From Patescibacteria group bacterium (GTDB lineage: Bacteria; Patescibacteriota; Patescibacteriia; Buchananbacterales; UBA6539), in the NCBI GenBank assembly GCA_041649675.1, contig JBAZMQ010000003.1:5335-69334 (forward strand): DNA of 64,000 bases. The letters are read 5' to 3'. Made by a program: the position numbers and the translations under genes. Below are positions 19,225 through 30,927 of the stretch, one piece after another (the first letter of the stretch is position 1; the number at the start of each line of letters is the position of its first letter). The notes under the pieces were generated by a model that had not been told where the DNA came from, did not search any database, and saw only the letters and a list, made by a program, of their open reading frames with translations.

Positions 19225-19920
19225 TTACTTATCCCAATTTTTTTTCTTTAGTCCGACAGCAGCCGCTTTAACCTGAGCTTCTTGCTTGCTGGAGCCACTG
19301 GCCGTGGCGATTAATTCTTGGTCCAAATAAACTCCAACCTGGAATTTTTTTGCGTGATCCGGGCCACTTTCTTTTATTACGTTATAAGTTGGAGTAATAC
19401 CCAATTTTTCCTGGGCGATTTCTTGAAATTTACTTTTAGGATCTAAATAAAGTTGATTGGATAGAATATGTGGTAGTTCGGGCAGTAAGAATGTATGAAT
19501 AAATTGTTCAGCGACTTGATAGCCCTGGTCAAGATAAATTGAGCCAATAAGGGCCTCAAAAGCATTGGCTAAAATATAGTTTCTAGCCTTACTGTTTGTG
19601 TCTTTGGCTTCGCCTTTGCTTAAGTAAAGGTATGCCTCCAAATCAATTTTTTTAGCGATTTTTGAAAGCATTTGGCTATTAACCAAACTGGCTCGCCAGT
19701 TGGTTAGTTCGCCTTCTGGATTGGGATAATTTTGGTAGAGGTATTCGGTGACAACCAATTCCAAAACAGCATCACCTAGAAATTCCATTCGTTCATTATG
19801 ATTAATACCAAACCCTGGATTTTCGTTAATATAGGATCGGTGAACAAAAGCTTGCTTGAGCAAGTCGGAATTTTTAAATTTAATTTTTACTCTTTTTTCT
19901 AGTTGGGAAAAATCTTTCAT
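19225..19920 (-). CDS. rnc: Ribonuclease III
   Basis: NERMEFLGDAVL signature and dsRBD. Confidence 0.98.
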   Translation of the reverse strand: MKDFSQLEKRVKIKFKNSDLLKQAFVHRSYINENPGFGINHNERMEFLGDAVLELVVTEYLYQNYPNPEGELTNWRASLVNSQMLSKIAKKIDLEAYLYLSKGEAKDTNSKARNYILANAFEALIGSIYLDQGYQVAEQFIHTFLLPELPHILSNQLYLDPKSKFQEIAQEKLGITPTYNVIKESGPDHAKKFQVGVYLDQELIATASGSSKQEAQVKAAAVGLKKKNWDK

Positions 19921-20041
19921 GTTAGTTAGCTTGTAGCTTGTCCCGACTCTTTAGTCGGGATTCCGAATTTACATCGGGATAGCTTGTAGCTTGTAGGTAA
20001 TGTTGTATTAAACCTAAAAGCTGTAAACTAAAAACTAATAT

Positions 20042-20521
20042 TTATGAATTAGTAGTTGGTTTGGCTGGCTTAGTTTCTGCTTCTACGGCCTGGCCTTTTT
20101 CATTTAGTATTTCTTTGTAGATGGTGCCTAAAACGCCGTTAACAAATTTACCGGATGATTCACCGCCAAAAGTTTTTGCCAATTCAATTGCTTCGTTAAT
20201 AGCAACTTTTTCTGGAATGTCGGGATCAAATCTCATTTCTTGAATGCCAATCCGTAAAACATTTCGGTCAACCATGGTAATTTGTTCAATTGGCCATTCT
20301 GGTGCATATTTAGCGATAAGTTTATCAATCTCTGGCTGATTTTTTACCACGCCATTTACTAAATGTTCAATAAAGCCGTTATCGTCAAATTGCGGCGCAA
20401 ATTCTTTTAGGTTACGTTTAATACTGCCAGCCAGTTTTTGGGCATCATCATAACGATTATTAAAATCCCATTGGTAAAGAGTTTGCAGGGCAATGGTACG
20501 GGCTAAATGGCGATTAGACAT
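20042..20521 (-). CDS. nusB: Transcription antitermination factor NusB
   Basis: [20 protein letters not shown]. Confidence 0.97.
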   Translation of the reverse strand: MSNRHLARTIALQTLYQWDFNNRYDDAQKLAGSIKRNLKEFAPQFDDNGFIEHLVNGVVKNQPEIDKLIAKYAPEWPIEQITMVDRNVLRIGIQEMRFDPDIPEKVAINEAIELAKTFGGESSGKFVNGVLGTIYKEILNEKGQAVEAETKPAKPTTNS

Positions 20522-20599
20522 AGTTGGTTTAAGCTCTAGGGTTTTAGGCCTCAGGTTAGTTTTTTAAAAAACTAGAGCCTAGTGCCTAATAGCTAGATA

Positions 20600-20800
20600 T
20601 TATTTTTTCTCTCTCTTCTTTTTAGTTTTAAGTTTAATAACTTCCTTGCCTTTGTAGCTGCCGCAATTTGGGCAAACTCGGTGAGGTATGGTTGGTTTTT
20701 TACATTTTGGGCATTTGACCAATTTGTTTTTAGTTAAAGCGTCATGGGCACGATTTCTTCGGCCTCTTGACCTGCTTCTTCGTTTGGCTGGTACTGGCAT
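20600..20800 (-). CDS. rpmF: 50S ribosomal protein L32
   Basis: MPVPAKRRS..CPKC..PHRVCPNCG.Y. Confidence 0.96.
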   Translation of the reverse strand: MPVPAKRRSRSRGRRNRAHDALTKNKLVKCPKCKKPTIPHRVCPNCGSYKGKEVIKLKTKKKREKK

Positions 20801-20841
20801 AATATTTATATTTTACTTTATTAATTAGTTTTTATCAATTT

Positions 20842-23379
20842 TTAGACAAAAGTAGCTGAAGCGACGGAATCTTTTTCTTCTTTGAATTTCATCAATCTAA
20901 CCCCTTGAGTGGCCCGGCCTAAAATATTTACGGCCTTTAACGGCAGACGGATGACCTGACCTTTGCAAGAAATGATGATAATATCTTCTTCTAAGGCTTT
21001 TGAATTTACAATCGTGGCAGCGACAATTTGGCCGGTTTTAGGCGTAATTTTGGCAGTTTTAATGCCCGACCCGCCGCGGCCCTGGACTTTGTAGTTGGAT
21101 AGATTGCTTCTCTTGCCAAAGCCGTTGGCCATCAAAATTAATAGTTGACCGATTTTACTGATGGTTGAATCAACCACATCCAAACTGACGACTTGGTCAT
21201 TGCCTTTTAATCTAATGCCTCGGACGCCAGAAGCGGCTCGACCCATGGCCCTGACCTGACTTTCTCTAAACCTAATTGCTTGCCCGCCTGAACTGACTAA
21301 CATAATTTCATCTTTGCCCGTTGACGGTTTAACCCATTCAAGTTCATCGTTCTTTTTCAATCTAATAGCAATTAAGCCTGAGCGTCTAATGTTGTCAAAG
21401 TCAGATAGTTCAACTTTTTTTATGTTACCTTTGGCCGTTGCCATGACTAAAAATTTGTAATCGCCTAGCTCGCTTAAAGGTAAAGCTGAAGAAATTTTTT
21501 CATCCGGAGCTAATTGTAAGAAATTAACAATTGCTTGGCCTTTGGCGGTTCTTGAACCTTTAGGAATATCATAAGCTTTAAGTTGGAACACTCGGCCTTT
21601 GGTAGTGAAAAATAAAATGTCAGAATGAGTGGTAGTGGTAAAGAATTGCTCAACAATGTCTTCTTCCTTGGTGGTTAAGCCAGCCACACCTTTGCCGCCG
21701 CGGCCTTGAGTTTTGAAAGTCTCTGGCGGTAACCGTTTAATATAGCCGTCTTTGGTAATGGTAATAATTGTATCTTCGTCCGGAATCAAATCTTCAGTTG
21801 TAAAGTCTTTGGCACCGTGAGCTACAATTTGAGTTCTTCTCTCATCGCCGTATTTTTCTCTAATCTCCCCTAGCTCTTTTTTAATAATATTTAAAATTTT
21901 ACTGGCCGATTTAAGGATTGATTCCAAGTCTTTTATCAATTCCAGCTTTTCTTTTAGCTCCTGCTCAATCTTTAATCTTTCCAAGTTAGCCAATTGTTGT
22001 AATCGCATTTCCAATATTGCTACGGCCTGTCTCTCGCTTAGCTTGAACTTCTTAATCAAATTGATTTTTGCGATATCTTTATCTTTGGATTGCTTAATGG
22101 TTTTGATTATCTCATCAATTTTTGCCAAAGCCATTTTTAAACCTTCTAAAATATGAGCTCGGTCTTTAGCTTTGTTCAAATCATATTCAGTTCTGGCGCG
22201 AATGACTTTTTGTCGATGTTTTAGATACTCTTCTAAAATCATTTTCAAAGTCAAAACTCGCGGCTGAATGCCGTCAATTAAAGCCAGCATGTTGGAATGA
22301 AAAGTTGTTTGCAATTCAGTTAGTTTGAATAATGAATTCAAAACCTTTTTCGGATAAGCATCCTTTTTTAACTCAATGACAACTCTTACTCCCTCTTTTG
22401 AAGATTCGTCTCGCAAATCCTTGATGCCGTCAAGTCTTTTGTCTTTAACCAGTTCGGCAATTTTTTCCAAAAGGGTAGCTTTGTTAATTTGGTAAGGAAC
22501 TTCCGAAACGATAATTTTAAAACTATCACCTTTACCTTCAACAATTTCCGCTTTGGCGCGCAAAACTACTCCGCCCTTACCGGTAGCATACATTTGTTTA
22601 ATTGCACTATTGTCAAAAATAATGCCGCCGGTTGGAAAATCTGGTCCTTTAACAAAATTCATCAAATCATCAACATTAGCATCAGGGTGGTCAATCAAAT
22701 AAGTAGTAGCATCAATTACCTCGGTTAAATTATGGGGAGCAATATTGGTTGCCATGCCAACGGCAATACCCATGGTGCCGTTAATTAAAAGATTTGGCAG
22801 CTTAGCCGGCAGTAAATTTGGCTCCTTGTGGGAACCGTCGTAGTTAGGAATAAAATCAACCGTTTCTTTTTCAATATCTGATAAAAGTTCTTCGGAAATA
22901 TTAGCCAATTTAGCTTCAGTATAACGCATGGCTGCCGCACCATCGCCGTCCATTGAGCCGAAGTTACCTTGACCTTTAATCAAAGGATAGCGCAAAGAAA
23001 AATCTTGGGCCATTCTAACCATGGAATCATAAACGGCCGCATCACCATGCGGATGATATTTGCCTAACACTTCACCAACGACGGTAGCTGATTTTCGGAA
23101 TTTTGCTCCAGGCTTTAAACCAATATTCCACATGGCATACAAAATCCGGCGGTGAACTGGTTTTAAACCGTCACGCACATCCGGCAAAGCCCGGGCAATA
23201 ATTACAGACATGGCATAATCCAAATAAGACTCCTGCATTTCTTCAACAATTGGCCGTTTAACCAATTTGCCGATCCCTACTTTTTCGTTTGGAATCTCCA
23301 ATTGTTGTGGTTTTGCCGCTTCGGGCTTAGGCGTATTTTTTGGATTTAGTTTTTTGGCTTTCTTGTTAATTTTTGGCAT
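20842..23379 (-). CDS. gyrA: DNA gyrase subunit A
   Basis: [22 protein letters not shown], GyrA box QGRGGKG. Confidence 0.98.
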   Translation of the reverse strand: MPKINKKAKKLNPKNTPKPEAAKPQQLEIPNEKVGIGKLVKRPIVEEMQESYLDYAMSVIIARALPDVRDGLKPVHRRILYAMWNIGLKPGAKFRKSATVVGEVLGKYHPHGDAAVYDSMVRMAQDFSLRYPLIKGQGNFGSMDGDGAAAMRYTEAKLANISEELLSDIEKETVDFIPNYDGSHKEPNLLPAKLPNLLINGTMGIAVGMATNIAPHNLTEVIDATTYLIDHPDANVDDLMNFVKGPDFPTGGIIFDNSAIKQMYATGKGGVVLRAKAEIVEGKGDSFKIIVSEVPYQINKATLLEKIAELVKDKRLDGIKDLRDESSKEGVRVVIELKKDAYPKKVLNSLFKLTELQTTFHSNMLALIDGIQPRVLTLKMILEEYLKHRQKVIRARTEYDLNKAKDRAHILEGLKMALAKIDEIIKTIKQSKDKDIAKINLIKKFKLSERQAVAILEMRLQQLANLERLKIEQELKEKLELIKDLESILKSASKILNIIKKELGEIREKYGDERRTQIVAHGAKDFTTEDLIPDEDTIITITKDGYIKRLPPETFKTQGRGGKGVAGLTTKEEDIVEQFFTTTTHSDILFFTTKGRVFQLKAYDIPKGSRTAKGQAIVNFLQLAPDEKISSALPLSELGDYKFLVMATAKGNIKKVELSDFDNIRRSGLIAIRLKKNDELEWVKPSTGKDEIMLVSSGGQAIRFRESQVRAMGRAASGVRGIRLKGNDQVVSLDVVDSTISKIGQLLILMANGFGKRSNLSNYKVQGRGGSGIKTAKITPKTGQIVAATIVNSKALEEDIIIISCKGQVIRLPLKAVNILGRATQGVRLMKFKEEKDSVASATFV

Positions 23380-23392
23380 ATCCTAAAATAGT

Positions 23393-24055
23393 TTATTTAT
23401 TGAATTTAAAGGTTTGGACCATTAAATTCGTTGAGGTATTATTAATAAAATCAAATATGACTAAAAAATAATCATCTTTTTGCCAGTAATTTTTAACTCC
23501 AGAGAGTTGGGAAAAATCGGACAGCAGGTCATATTTTTTAATCTTTACTGTTTTATCAGTTTCCGTGTTTTTAAAACTGACAATCAAATTTTTGCTATCA
23601 TTATCAGTTGGTTGGGCTATTGTTAATTCGGCCGGATATTTAATTATAAAATTGTTTTTGGTATTAGAATATATTTGCCAGTCGGCAGTTTCATTAGCTA
23701 ATAATTTATCTTTTATCGTTGTAACTTGATCAGCCGTTAGTTCCGTTGTACTGGTTGGTGCCAATTGGTTAAGCCCTTGTTTGGTTTTATCCAAAATTAG
23801 TTTGGTATTATTTGAAAAATCAGCTAGGTCTTTGGCTAATGAATTCCAATTGGCATCTGAAGCTGGTTGTTGAACAATATTTAATACGTCTTTTAAGGAA
23901 AACAACCAAATGGAAATTACGGCCAACATTAAAATAATGATTGAAACTAAAAAAATTGATTTTCTGGTTTCTTCTGGCAGATTCTCAATTTTAAATGGTT
24001 CTTTTTTTTTCACAAAGGGATTATCTAGATTTTCCAATCTCTTTTTAAAAAACAT
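23393..24055 (-). CDS. Membrane-anchored hypothetical protein
   Basis: Single TM; WQIYSN..F.IKYP motif. Confidence 0.65.
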   Translation of the reverse strand: MFFKKRLENLDNPFVKKKEPFKIENLPEETRKSIFLVSIIILMLAVISIWLFSLKDVLNIVQQPASDANWNSLAKDLADFSNNTKLILDKTKQGLNQLAPTSTTELTADQVTTIKDKLLANETADWQIYSNTKNNFIIKYPAELTIAQPTDNDSKNLIVSFKNTETDKTVKIKKYDLLSDFSQLSGVKNYWQKDDYFLVIFDFINNTSTNLMVQTFKFNK

Positions 24056-24058
24056 ATT

Positions 24059-24712
24059 TTATGGTTGCATGATAACCACTTGCATATTATCGTTGGGCAA
24101 ATCCTTTTTGGTGATTTTTAGCTTGTTGATTTTTTCTTTAGGGCAAACACCAATTTCTTTACAAAATGAATTAACGTTATCCAACTTATTTTTAACTTTT
24201 AACTCCGGCAAATCATAATGCATCGGGATAACTAAACGTGGTTCAACCTGACTAATTATTTCCGTTGCTTTCTTCGCATTAATAGTATAAACGCCACCGA
24301 CTGGAATCATTAGTATATCTACCCCCTCTAATTTTTCCACTTGTTCGTCTGTTAAAGTATGGCCCAAATCACCCAAATGGGCCAAGCTAATGCCATCAAT
24401 TTCAATTCGATAAATAATATTTTTACCCTGATCCTTGCCCTCATTAGCATCATGATAAGAATTAATACCATAAATAAAAATATTTTTTACTTCATACTCC
24501 CCTGGTTGATCAATAATAAAAGGTTGGTCGGTGTTAAGGCCTTTGACTCCTTCTAAATTATTATGATCATAATGTTGGTGACTGATAGTTACCACATCAG
24601 TGGCTAATCGTGGCAATTTTAGGCCTAAAGTTTTATCAAACGGATCGGTAACCAAAACGCAATTTTGGCCTTCTAATTTAAAGCAAGATTGTCCAAACCA
24701 AGTAATAATCAT
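24059..24712 (-). CDS. MBL-fold metallo-hydrolase
   Basis: ISHQHYDHN, HLGDLG, IPMHY. Confidence 0.9.
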   Translation of the reverse strand: MIITWFGQSCFKLEGQNCVLVTDPFDKTLGLKLPRLATDVVTISHQHYDHNNLEGVKGLNTDQPFIIDQPGEYEVKNIFIYGINSYHDANEGKDQGKNIIYRIEIDGISLAHLGDLGHTLTDEQVEKLEGVDILMIPVGGVYTINAKKATEIISQVEPRLVIPMHYDLPELKVKNKLDNVNSFCKEIGVCPKEKINKLKITKKDLPNDNMQVVIMQP

Positions 24713-25042
24713 AAATATAATGCTAATTAATAATAATTTATATGTTTACCTGCTACTCAGGCAGGAATGCTGTTAAAAATAAACATAAAATGCGAATTTT
24801 TCAGCCATTATATTCGTATCATTCGCATCAATTCGCCCACCTGCCATAATATTTTTACCAAATTTTTAAGTCAGTAAAATCAAAATTTATCTGCAGATAA
24901 TTTAGGCAGTTATTGGCTGGTAGATGTATTCGCATTATGTTATTTTGTTACTTTTATTTTAGCAAATTATTCATAAATTGGCAAGAAAAAATGCCATAAA
25001 ATTATGGCTAATTTAAGCCAAAATTATTGGTTATTTAAGAGC

Positions 25043-25783
25043 CTAATCAAAATCAATATCTTCTAGTTGGTTTTGGGGTTTTTTTGTATTTGGAGTAAGC
25101 TTTGAAGTTTGGTTTAGTTGCTGGCTGGGTAAAGGATTTTGAGTTTTATTTTCAATCGGTCTGTTGGTTTGTTGGTCGGATTCCGAGGCAAAATCACTCT
25201 CATTTTGGCTTAATCTGGAAAGTTGCTTAAGTAATTCATCGCTAAGATCAGCTTCTTTAATCTTTGCTGCCGCTAAAATTGGATTAGAAATTTTGGTCGC
25301 ATTTTGTCCGGCCACACCGCGAATATCATCAGTAACAAAATTTACTGCCCGCTGGGTTGGACCTTTGGATTCTGGGGCTGGTTTGGCTGTATTATCACTT
25401 TTATTACCACTGATGCTGTAACTATCAACAACGGCATCAAAAACTTTTTTATCAGCGGCGGAAAAATAAACTTTTTTACCAGAAGCATCCTTGAATCCAT
25501 ATTTTTTTAAATTATAGCTATGCTCCTTAAGCCGCCGGACTTGTTTATAGCTTAAACCTTTGGAATATTTAGATAATTTAGATACGGCATCACCAACAGC
25601 TCTTCTCGTTTCACCAAGTTCTGAATCGCCAAAAAATCGCAGTCGGTGCTCCCGCCGCATTTGGCGTAAATCTTTGGTCAGCCCTGGTTTTTGGCTTACT
25701 TTATTTGGGCTACCGGAGCGAAAAAGTGCTCCAGTTCCTGATTTTGTAACTCCAGTATGACCTTGTAATCTGTTAGTTGCCAT
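25043..25783 (-). CDS. Hypothetical basic protein
   Basis: Long ORF; start at MATNRL follows the upstream gene. Confidence 0.65.
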   Translation of the reverse strand: MATNRLQGHTGVTKSGTGALFRSGSPNKVSQKPGLTKDLRQMRREHRLRFFGDSELGETRRAVGDAVSKLSKYSKGLSYKQVRRLKEHSYNLKKYGFKDASGKKVYFSAADKKVFDAVVDSYSISGNKSDNTAKPAPESKGPTQRAVNFVTDDIRGVAGQNATKISNPILAAAKIKEADLSDELLKQLSRLSQNESDFASESDQQTNRPIENKTQNPLPSQQLNQTSKLTPNTKKPQNQLEDIDFD

Positions 25784-25787
25784 ATTT

Positions 25788-26357
25788 TCAGATATCCATT
25801 TCAATTACTTCACCCGCTCCTTCTTCCTTAAACAAATCTTCTTTTTTAGGTTGGCGCATTGGTGAAGGTGAATTAGTTGTTTGATTATCTTTATTTAATT
25901 TTTGGAGATTATTGACAGCGCTTGTTGTTTTTTGGTTGGGAGTTTTAGTCTCAATCTGACCTAGCAAGCTTCTGGGGTCATGAGCTAAAGGATCTTTGCC
26001 CTGAGCCGCTTGCCAAGCTTCGTCAGAAATTATTCGGCGGTTTTCCGCGTCTGCTCGTTTCTTTTTTCTTTTTTTCTCCTCGGCTTCATTTTCAGCTAGC
26101 TGCCAGTAAGCGGCCTTGTTGATTGTCAGGGAAGGTGCCTTGGTTTGTTTTAATTTTCCTTGGCTCTGCAGATATTTGAAGGCTTTTATGGCTTGTTGTT
26201 TACTGACCATTCTATTGGTTACTGCTCCTCGGACATAGGAATTGGGCGCTTTTAATAGTGTTCTTTTAAAATCTTTAGGAAATAAACTTTTATTAGCCGC
26301 TTTGGCAAAAGCTTTTCTGATATTGGCTTGGGTGTATTTTGATGGTAGCGTCGCCAT
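25788..26357 (-). CDS. Hypothetical basic protein
   Basis: 189-aa ORF. Confidence 0.65.
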   Translation of the reverse strand: MATLPSKYTQANIRKAFAKAANKSLFPKDFKRTLLKAPNSYVRGAVTNRMVSKQQAIKAFKYLQSQGKLKQTKAPSLTINKAAYWQLAENEAEEKKRKKKRADAENRRIISDEAWQAAQGKDPLAHDPRSLLGQIETKTPNQKTTSAVNNLQKLNKDNQTTNSPSPMRQPKKEDLFKEEGAGEVIEMDI

Positions 26358-26421
26358 ATTAATAGGTAGTAGTTAATTTATTATATTTTACCACAAATTT
26401 TGTTAAATTATAAGGACTATT

Positions 26422-26545
26422 GAACTCCGCACCTTGCAAATACGGTTAATTATTTATTTCATAAATCTGGGTTATATTGATGTAAAAAATGTTTATTACT
26501 TCACGCGGTAGGTAACAAAATAACGTCCATAAGGTGTGGGGGTTG
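26422..26545. repeat. IR-bounded ~120-bp miniature element
   Basis: AACTCCGCACCTT ... AAGGTGTGGGGTT termini. Confidence 0.5.
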
Positions 26546-26676
26546 ATTAATTTTTACAAATATGTTAATATAGGATATACTTTTTTAGTAATTAATAATT
26601 TAACTAATTCCACCTCATAATTATGGGTATGAGGGCTTTGGACCAATAAAATCGGCCCAAGGCTAAGCAAAAAATT

Positions 26677-27882
26677 ATGACAAAAAACGAGACTAAAGTT
26701 GATCAAAATTCACTAGATAAATCAGTCTCTACCAATCAAACCTCCCAGTTTAGAAAAATGTTAGCTGAGGGGGATTTTATTAAAATACCTAAAGTCGGTG
26801 AGATCGTAAAAGGTAAAATAATTGATATCTCCCGTTCTGAAATCCGTTTGGATATTGAAGGTTTAACCACCGGTGTAGTTCGCGGCCGAGAATTTTACGA
26901 CGAAGCCAGTGAATATTCAAATCTTAAAGTCGGTGATGAAGTAGAAGCCACTGTTATTGAATTAGAGAATGAAAACGGTGAGATGGAACTTTCCTTGCGT
27001 TTTGCCGGCCACCAAAAAGTTTGGGGCAATTTGGATGATTTGCAAAGAAGCGGCCAAATTGTTAAAGCGGTCGTTACCGATGCCAACCGCGGTGGTTTAA
27101 TGGTAAAGGTTGGAAAAATTCCTGGATTTTTACCGGTTTCTCAATTAATGCCTGAACATTATCCTCGGGTTCCTGGCGGCGAAAAAGGCCGGATACTTGA
27201 ACGGTTAAAGAGTTACGTTGGCAAAGAGTTTGAAGTTAAAGTAATTGATGTTGATGAAGGTGAAGAAAAATTAATCGTTTCCGAAAAAGCCAGCTGGGAA
27301 GAAAAGCAAAAAGAAGTCATTGCCAGCTATAAAGTCGGTGATGTAGTTTCCGGTAAAGTTACAGCGGTTACTGATTTTGGGGTCTTTGTTGAATTTGGTG
27401 ATGATAAATTGGAAGGCTTGGTTCATATTTCTGAATTAGCCTGGCAACGTATTGATAATCCGTCTGACTTTGTAAAAGTCGGTGATGTTATCAAAGCCGA
27501 AATCATAAATGTTGAAGGTTCAAAAATATTTTTGTCCATGAAAAAACTTAAAGATGATCCCTGGAAGAATGTGACGGAAAAATATAATGTTGGTCAGGTA
27601 GTCAAAGGTAAGGTTTTGAAAGTTAATCCGTTTGGTTTGTTTGTTGAGCTTGATCCAGATATTCATGGTTTGGCTCACGTCTCCGAATTATCTGACAAAT
27701 CAATTGTTGATCCAAGAGAAATTGCCAAACCCGGTGACATGGTTGATTTCAAAATTCTTTCTTTGGAAGCTGCCAATCATCGTTTAGGCTTAAGCATCAA
27801 AGCCCTTAAAGAAAAAAATATCAAACCGGCTGAAAATGTTACTGCTGCGCCTACTGATGAAAAAGGAGCTTTGACTGAATAA
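26677..27882 (+). CDS. rpsA: 30S ribosomal protein S1 (4 S1 domains)
   Basis: Repeated S1 motifs FGVFVE..GLVHISEL. Confidence 0.93.
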   Translation: MTKNETKVDQNSLDKSVSTNQTSQFRKMLAEGDFIKIPKVGEIVKGKIIDISRSEIRLDIEGLTTGVVRGREFYDEASEYSNLKVGDEVEATVIELENENGEMELSLRFAGHQKVWGNLDDLQRSGQIVKAVVTDANRGGLMVKVGKIPGFLPVSQLMPEHYPRVPGGEKGRILERLKSYVGKEFEVKVIDVDEGEEKLIVSEKASWEEKQKEVIASYKVGDVVSGKVTAVTDFGVFVEFGDDKLEGLVHISELAWQRIDNPSDFVKVGDVIKAEIINVEGSKIFLSMKKLKDDPWKNVTEKYNVGQVVKGKVLKVNPFGLFVELDPDIHGLAHVSELSDKSIVDPREIAKPGDMVDFKILSLEAANHRLGLSIKALKEKNIKPAENVTAAPTDEKGALTE

Positions 27883-27968
27883 ATAATCAATAAAAATCAA
27901 CTTGATAAGATTGTCTAAAACGGGTATAATAGTAAAAGATTTACCCGTTTTAGATTTAAATTTAAACT

Positions 27969-29819
27969 ATGAAGAATTTGACAAAAAATTTCTTAATAAT
28001 ATTTTTAGTTTTTTTGGTTGTGGCCGGTCTTTTTAGCGTTTATCTTAATCCAGAGAAGGCAAAAACTCAGCTGGATATTACGGCGATGGTTGATAAAATT
28101 AACCAAGGCCAAATTAAATCAGCGGTCGTGGTTGATAATAATATTACTTTGACTTTGGCCGACAATTCCATCGCTGAGGTGCAAAAAGAACCGACTGAGT
28201 CGTTAGGTTCATTGCTGAAAAATTACAATGTTGATCCGGAAAAATTAAAACAAGTTAAAATTACAGTTGGTCAAAATTCAAGTTTAGAATTTTGGTTAGT
28301 AACCCTGTTGCCATTTATTATCCCGTTTTTATTTGTGGCCGGTTTTATTTATTTTATGATGCGCCAAGTTCAGGGAGCAAATAGTAAGGCAATGATGTTT
28401 GGTCAAAGTAAGGCCAGAGAAGTAGTGCCTCAAGACCAAAAAAATAAAATTACTTTTCGTGATGTAGCTGGCGTTAGAGAGGCCAAAGAAGAATTGACTG
28501 AGATTGTTGAATTTTTAAAAAATCCAAAAAAGTTTCTTAATTTAGGCGCCCGAATTCCTAAAGGTGTTTTATTAGTTGGTCCTCCGGGTACCGGTAAAAC
28601 TTTGTTAGCTAGGGCTGTGGCTGGTGAGGCCAATGTGCCTTTCTTTAGTATTTCCGGTTCGGAATTTGTTGAAATGTTTGTTGGCGTTGGTGCTTCTCGA
28701 GTTCGGGATTTATTCCGGAAAGCGAAAAAAAATTCGCCTTGTATTGTTTTTATTGATGAATTGGATGCCGTTGGCCGCCAACGCGGCGCTGGTTTGGGCG
28801 GTTCTAATGATGAACGGGAGCAGACTTTGAATCAAATTTTGGTGGAAATGGACGGTTTTGATGTTACGACTAATATTATTGTGATTGCCGCAACCAATCG
28901 GCCCGATATTTTGGACCTAGCTTTATTAAGACCAGGGCGTTTTGATCGGCGGGTGGTTTTGGATGCGCCCAATATTGATGACCGCGAAGCAATTTTGCAA
29001 GTTCATGCTCGTAAAAAACCATTAGCCAAAGAAGTTAATTTGAGAACCGTTGCCGAACGAACGCCAGGTTTTACCGGGGCCGACTTGAATAATCTTTTGA
29101 ATGAAGCTGCGATTTTAGCGGCCAGACGAAATAAAACAAAAGTTGATATGTCAGAAGTTTTAGAAAGTATTGAAAAGGTAATTTTAGGTCCGGAAAGAAA
29201 AAGTCATTTATTGTCAGAAGTTGAGAAAAAAATTACGGCTTACCATGAAGCTGGTCATGCTTTAGTTGCTCACCAATTGCCTCATTCTGATCCGGTACAA
29301 AAAGTTTCAATTGTTTCTCGCGGCCGGGCCGCTGGTTATACTTTGAAGATGCCAATGACTGATAAATATTTTCAGACTAAAGCTGAATTTACCGACGAAT
29401 TAGCGGTTTTGTTGGCTGGCTTTGTGACGGAAAAAGAAATTTTTAATGATATTTCTACCGGTGCTTCAAATGATCTTAAAGAAGCAACTAAATTAGCCCG
29501 TCGTTTGATTATGGAGTTTGGTATGAGTGATGCTTTGGGACCAAGAACTTTTGGCAAGAGAGAGGAACTGATATTTTTAGGTCGGGAGATTACTGAACAG
29601 CGTGATTATAGCGAAAAAATCGCCGAATTGATTGACGGCGAAATCAATAAGTTTATTGCCAACGCCGCTAAAACCGCTTCTGATATTATCAAGTCAATGC
29701 GGCCTAAGCTAGACGAAATTGCTTTGACTCTTTTAAAGAAAGAAACTTTAGAAAAGGAAGAATTTGAGGCAATCTTTGCCGATAAAAAAGTTGAGAAGAA
29801 AGAATCTCAAACAGCTTAA
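27969..29819 (+). CDS. ftsH: ATP-dependent zinc metalloprotease FtsH
   Basis: Two TMs, [16 protein letters not shown]. Confidence 0.98.
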   Translation: MKNLTKNFLIIFLVFLVVAGLFSVYLNPEKAKTQLDITAMVDKINQGQIKSAVVVDNNITLTLADNSIAEVQKEPTESLGSLLKNYNVDPEKLKQVKITVGQNSSLEFWLVTLLPFIIPFLFVAGFIYFMMRQVQGANSKAMMFGQSKAREVVPQDQKNKITFRDVAGVREAKEELTEIVEFLKNPKKFLNLGARIPKGVLLVGPPGTGKTLLARAVAGEANVPFFSISGSEFVEMFVGVGASRVRDLFRKAKKNSPCIVFIDELDAVGRQRGAGLGGSNDEREQTLNQILVEMDGFDVTTNIIVIAATNRPDILDLALLRPGRFDRRVVLDAPNIDDREAILQVHARKKPLAKEVNLRTVAERTPGFTGADLNNLLNEAAILAARRNKTKVDMSEVLESIEKVILGPERKSHLLSEVEKKITAYHEAGHALVAHQLPHSDPVQKVSIVSRGRAAGYTLKMPMTDKYFQTKAEFTDELAVLLAGFVTEKEIFNDISTGASNDLKEATKLARRLIMEFGMSDALGPRTFGKREELIFLGREITEQRDYSEKIAELIDGEINKFIANAAKTASDIIKSMRPKLDEIALTLLKKETLEKEEFEAIFADKKVEKKESQTA

Positions 29820-29839
29820 AAATATTTTATATAAATAAT

Positions 29840-30814
29840 ATGTACACCTATTGGCAAATTTTTAAACAAGCTTTTAAGATTGCCTGGGAAAATCCCCGAA
29901 TTTGGTTATTTGGTCTGTTTACTGCGATTTTAGGCAGCGCTGGTGGTTTGGAGCTATTAATGGGTGGTTATGGTTTTGGTGGCCAGGGAATCATTGTTTC
30001 CATAGCCCAAGGACTAATTGAAGGTGGTTTGTTCACGGTTGCTGGTTTTCATGGGTTTGTTAAAATTTTGTTTATTCATCCAATTTATCTATTTGTTGCC
30101 GTTCTTCTAGCCTTAGTATTTATTGGTATATCAATTTTTGTTTTGTGGTTTTCCTTGGTTTCTCAGTCAGCTTTAATTGGCCAGGCTGTTAGTATTAGCC
30201 GGAGCAAACCGTTAACTTGGCGCGCTAGTTTTGAATTAGGTCTAGCCAAGTTTTGGCGCGTGTTTTCCTTAAATCTTGTTGGTCAGGTGATTGTTTGGAT
30301 TCTGGTTGGCCTAGTTGGTTTAACGGTATTTTTTGATCCAAGCCGTCCAAGTTTAGTCATCGCTACTTTTTTCCTTGAGTCAGTAATTATTGCTGTGGCT
30401 TTTATCCTTTTGCTAATCTTATCGTTTATTGTTAAATTCGCCATCTGCGGAGTGGTTTTAAAAGATTGGCAATTGTCTACGGCGATTAAAGAAACATTTA
30501 AATTGTTTAAAAATAATTGGTTGCTTGGTATTGAAATTTCTACTGTCTTATTTCTCATTAATTTTATTGTCAGCGCCATAATGCTTTATTTGTTGTCCTG
30601 GCTTTTGTTTTTCTTTTTGAAGTTGTATGCTGCTTTCTACTTCGGTCTAGTTTTCATTTTTTTGGTGCTCTTGGCAATATTTTTGATCACCCAAATCATT
30701 TTAGTAATTTTTCATTGGTCAACTTGGTCAATTATCTTTGAGCTTTTGTCAACCAAAAAACCAGTCTTGCGTAGTTTTATCTCCAGAGTTTTTTCCAAGG
30801 TCTCAAGCCAATAA
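29840..30814 (+). CDS. Multi-pass membrane protein
   Basis: Several hydrophobic helices. Confidence 0.75.
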   Translation: MYTYWQIFKQAFKIAWENPRIWLFGLFTAILGSAGGLELLMGGYGFGGQGIIVSIAQGLIEGGLFTVAGFHGFVKILFIHPIYLFVAVLLALVFIGISIFVLWFSLVSQSALIGQAVSISRSKPLTWRASFELGLAKFWRVFSLNLVGQVIVWILVGLVGLTVFFDPSRPSLVIATFFLESVIIAVAFILLLILSFIVKFAICGVVLKDWQLSTAIKETFKLFKNNWLLGIEISTVLFLINFIVSAIMLYLLSWLLFFFLKLYAAFYFGLVFIFLVLLAIFLITQIILVIFHWSTWSIIFELLSTKKPVLRSFISRVFSKVSSQ

Positions 30815-30927
30815 TCGTTTAATCCCATCAATATAAAACCAGCTCCGCTTTTGCGGGGTTGATTTTTTATATCTAACTTGTCAGTAAGCCCAAAAGAAAT
30901 TATAATTAAAGAGAAGGTAAACTAATT

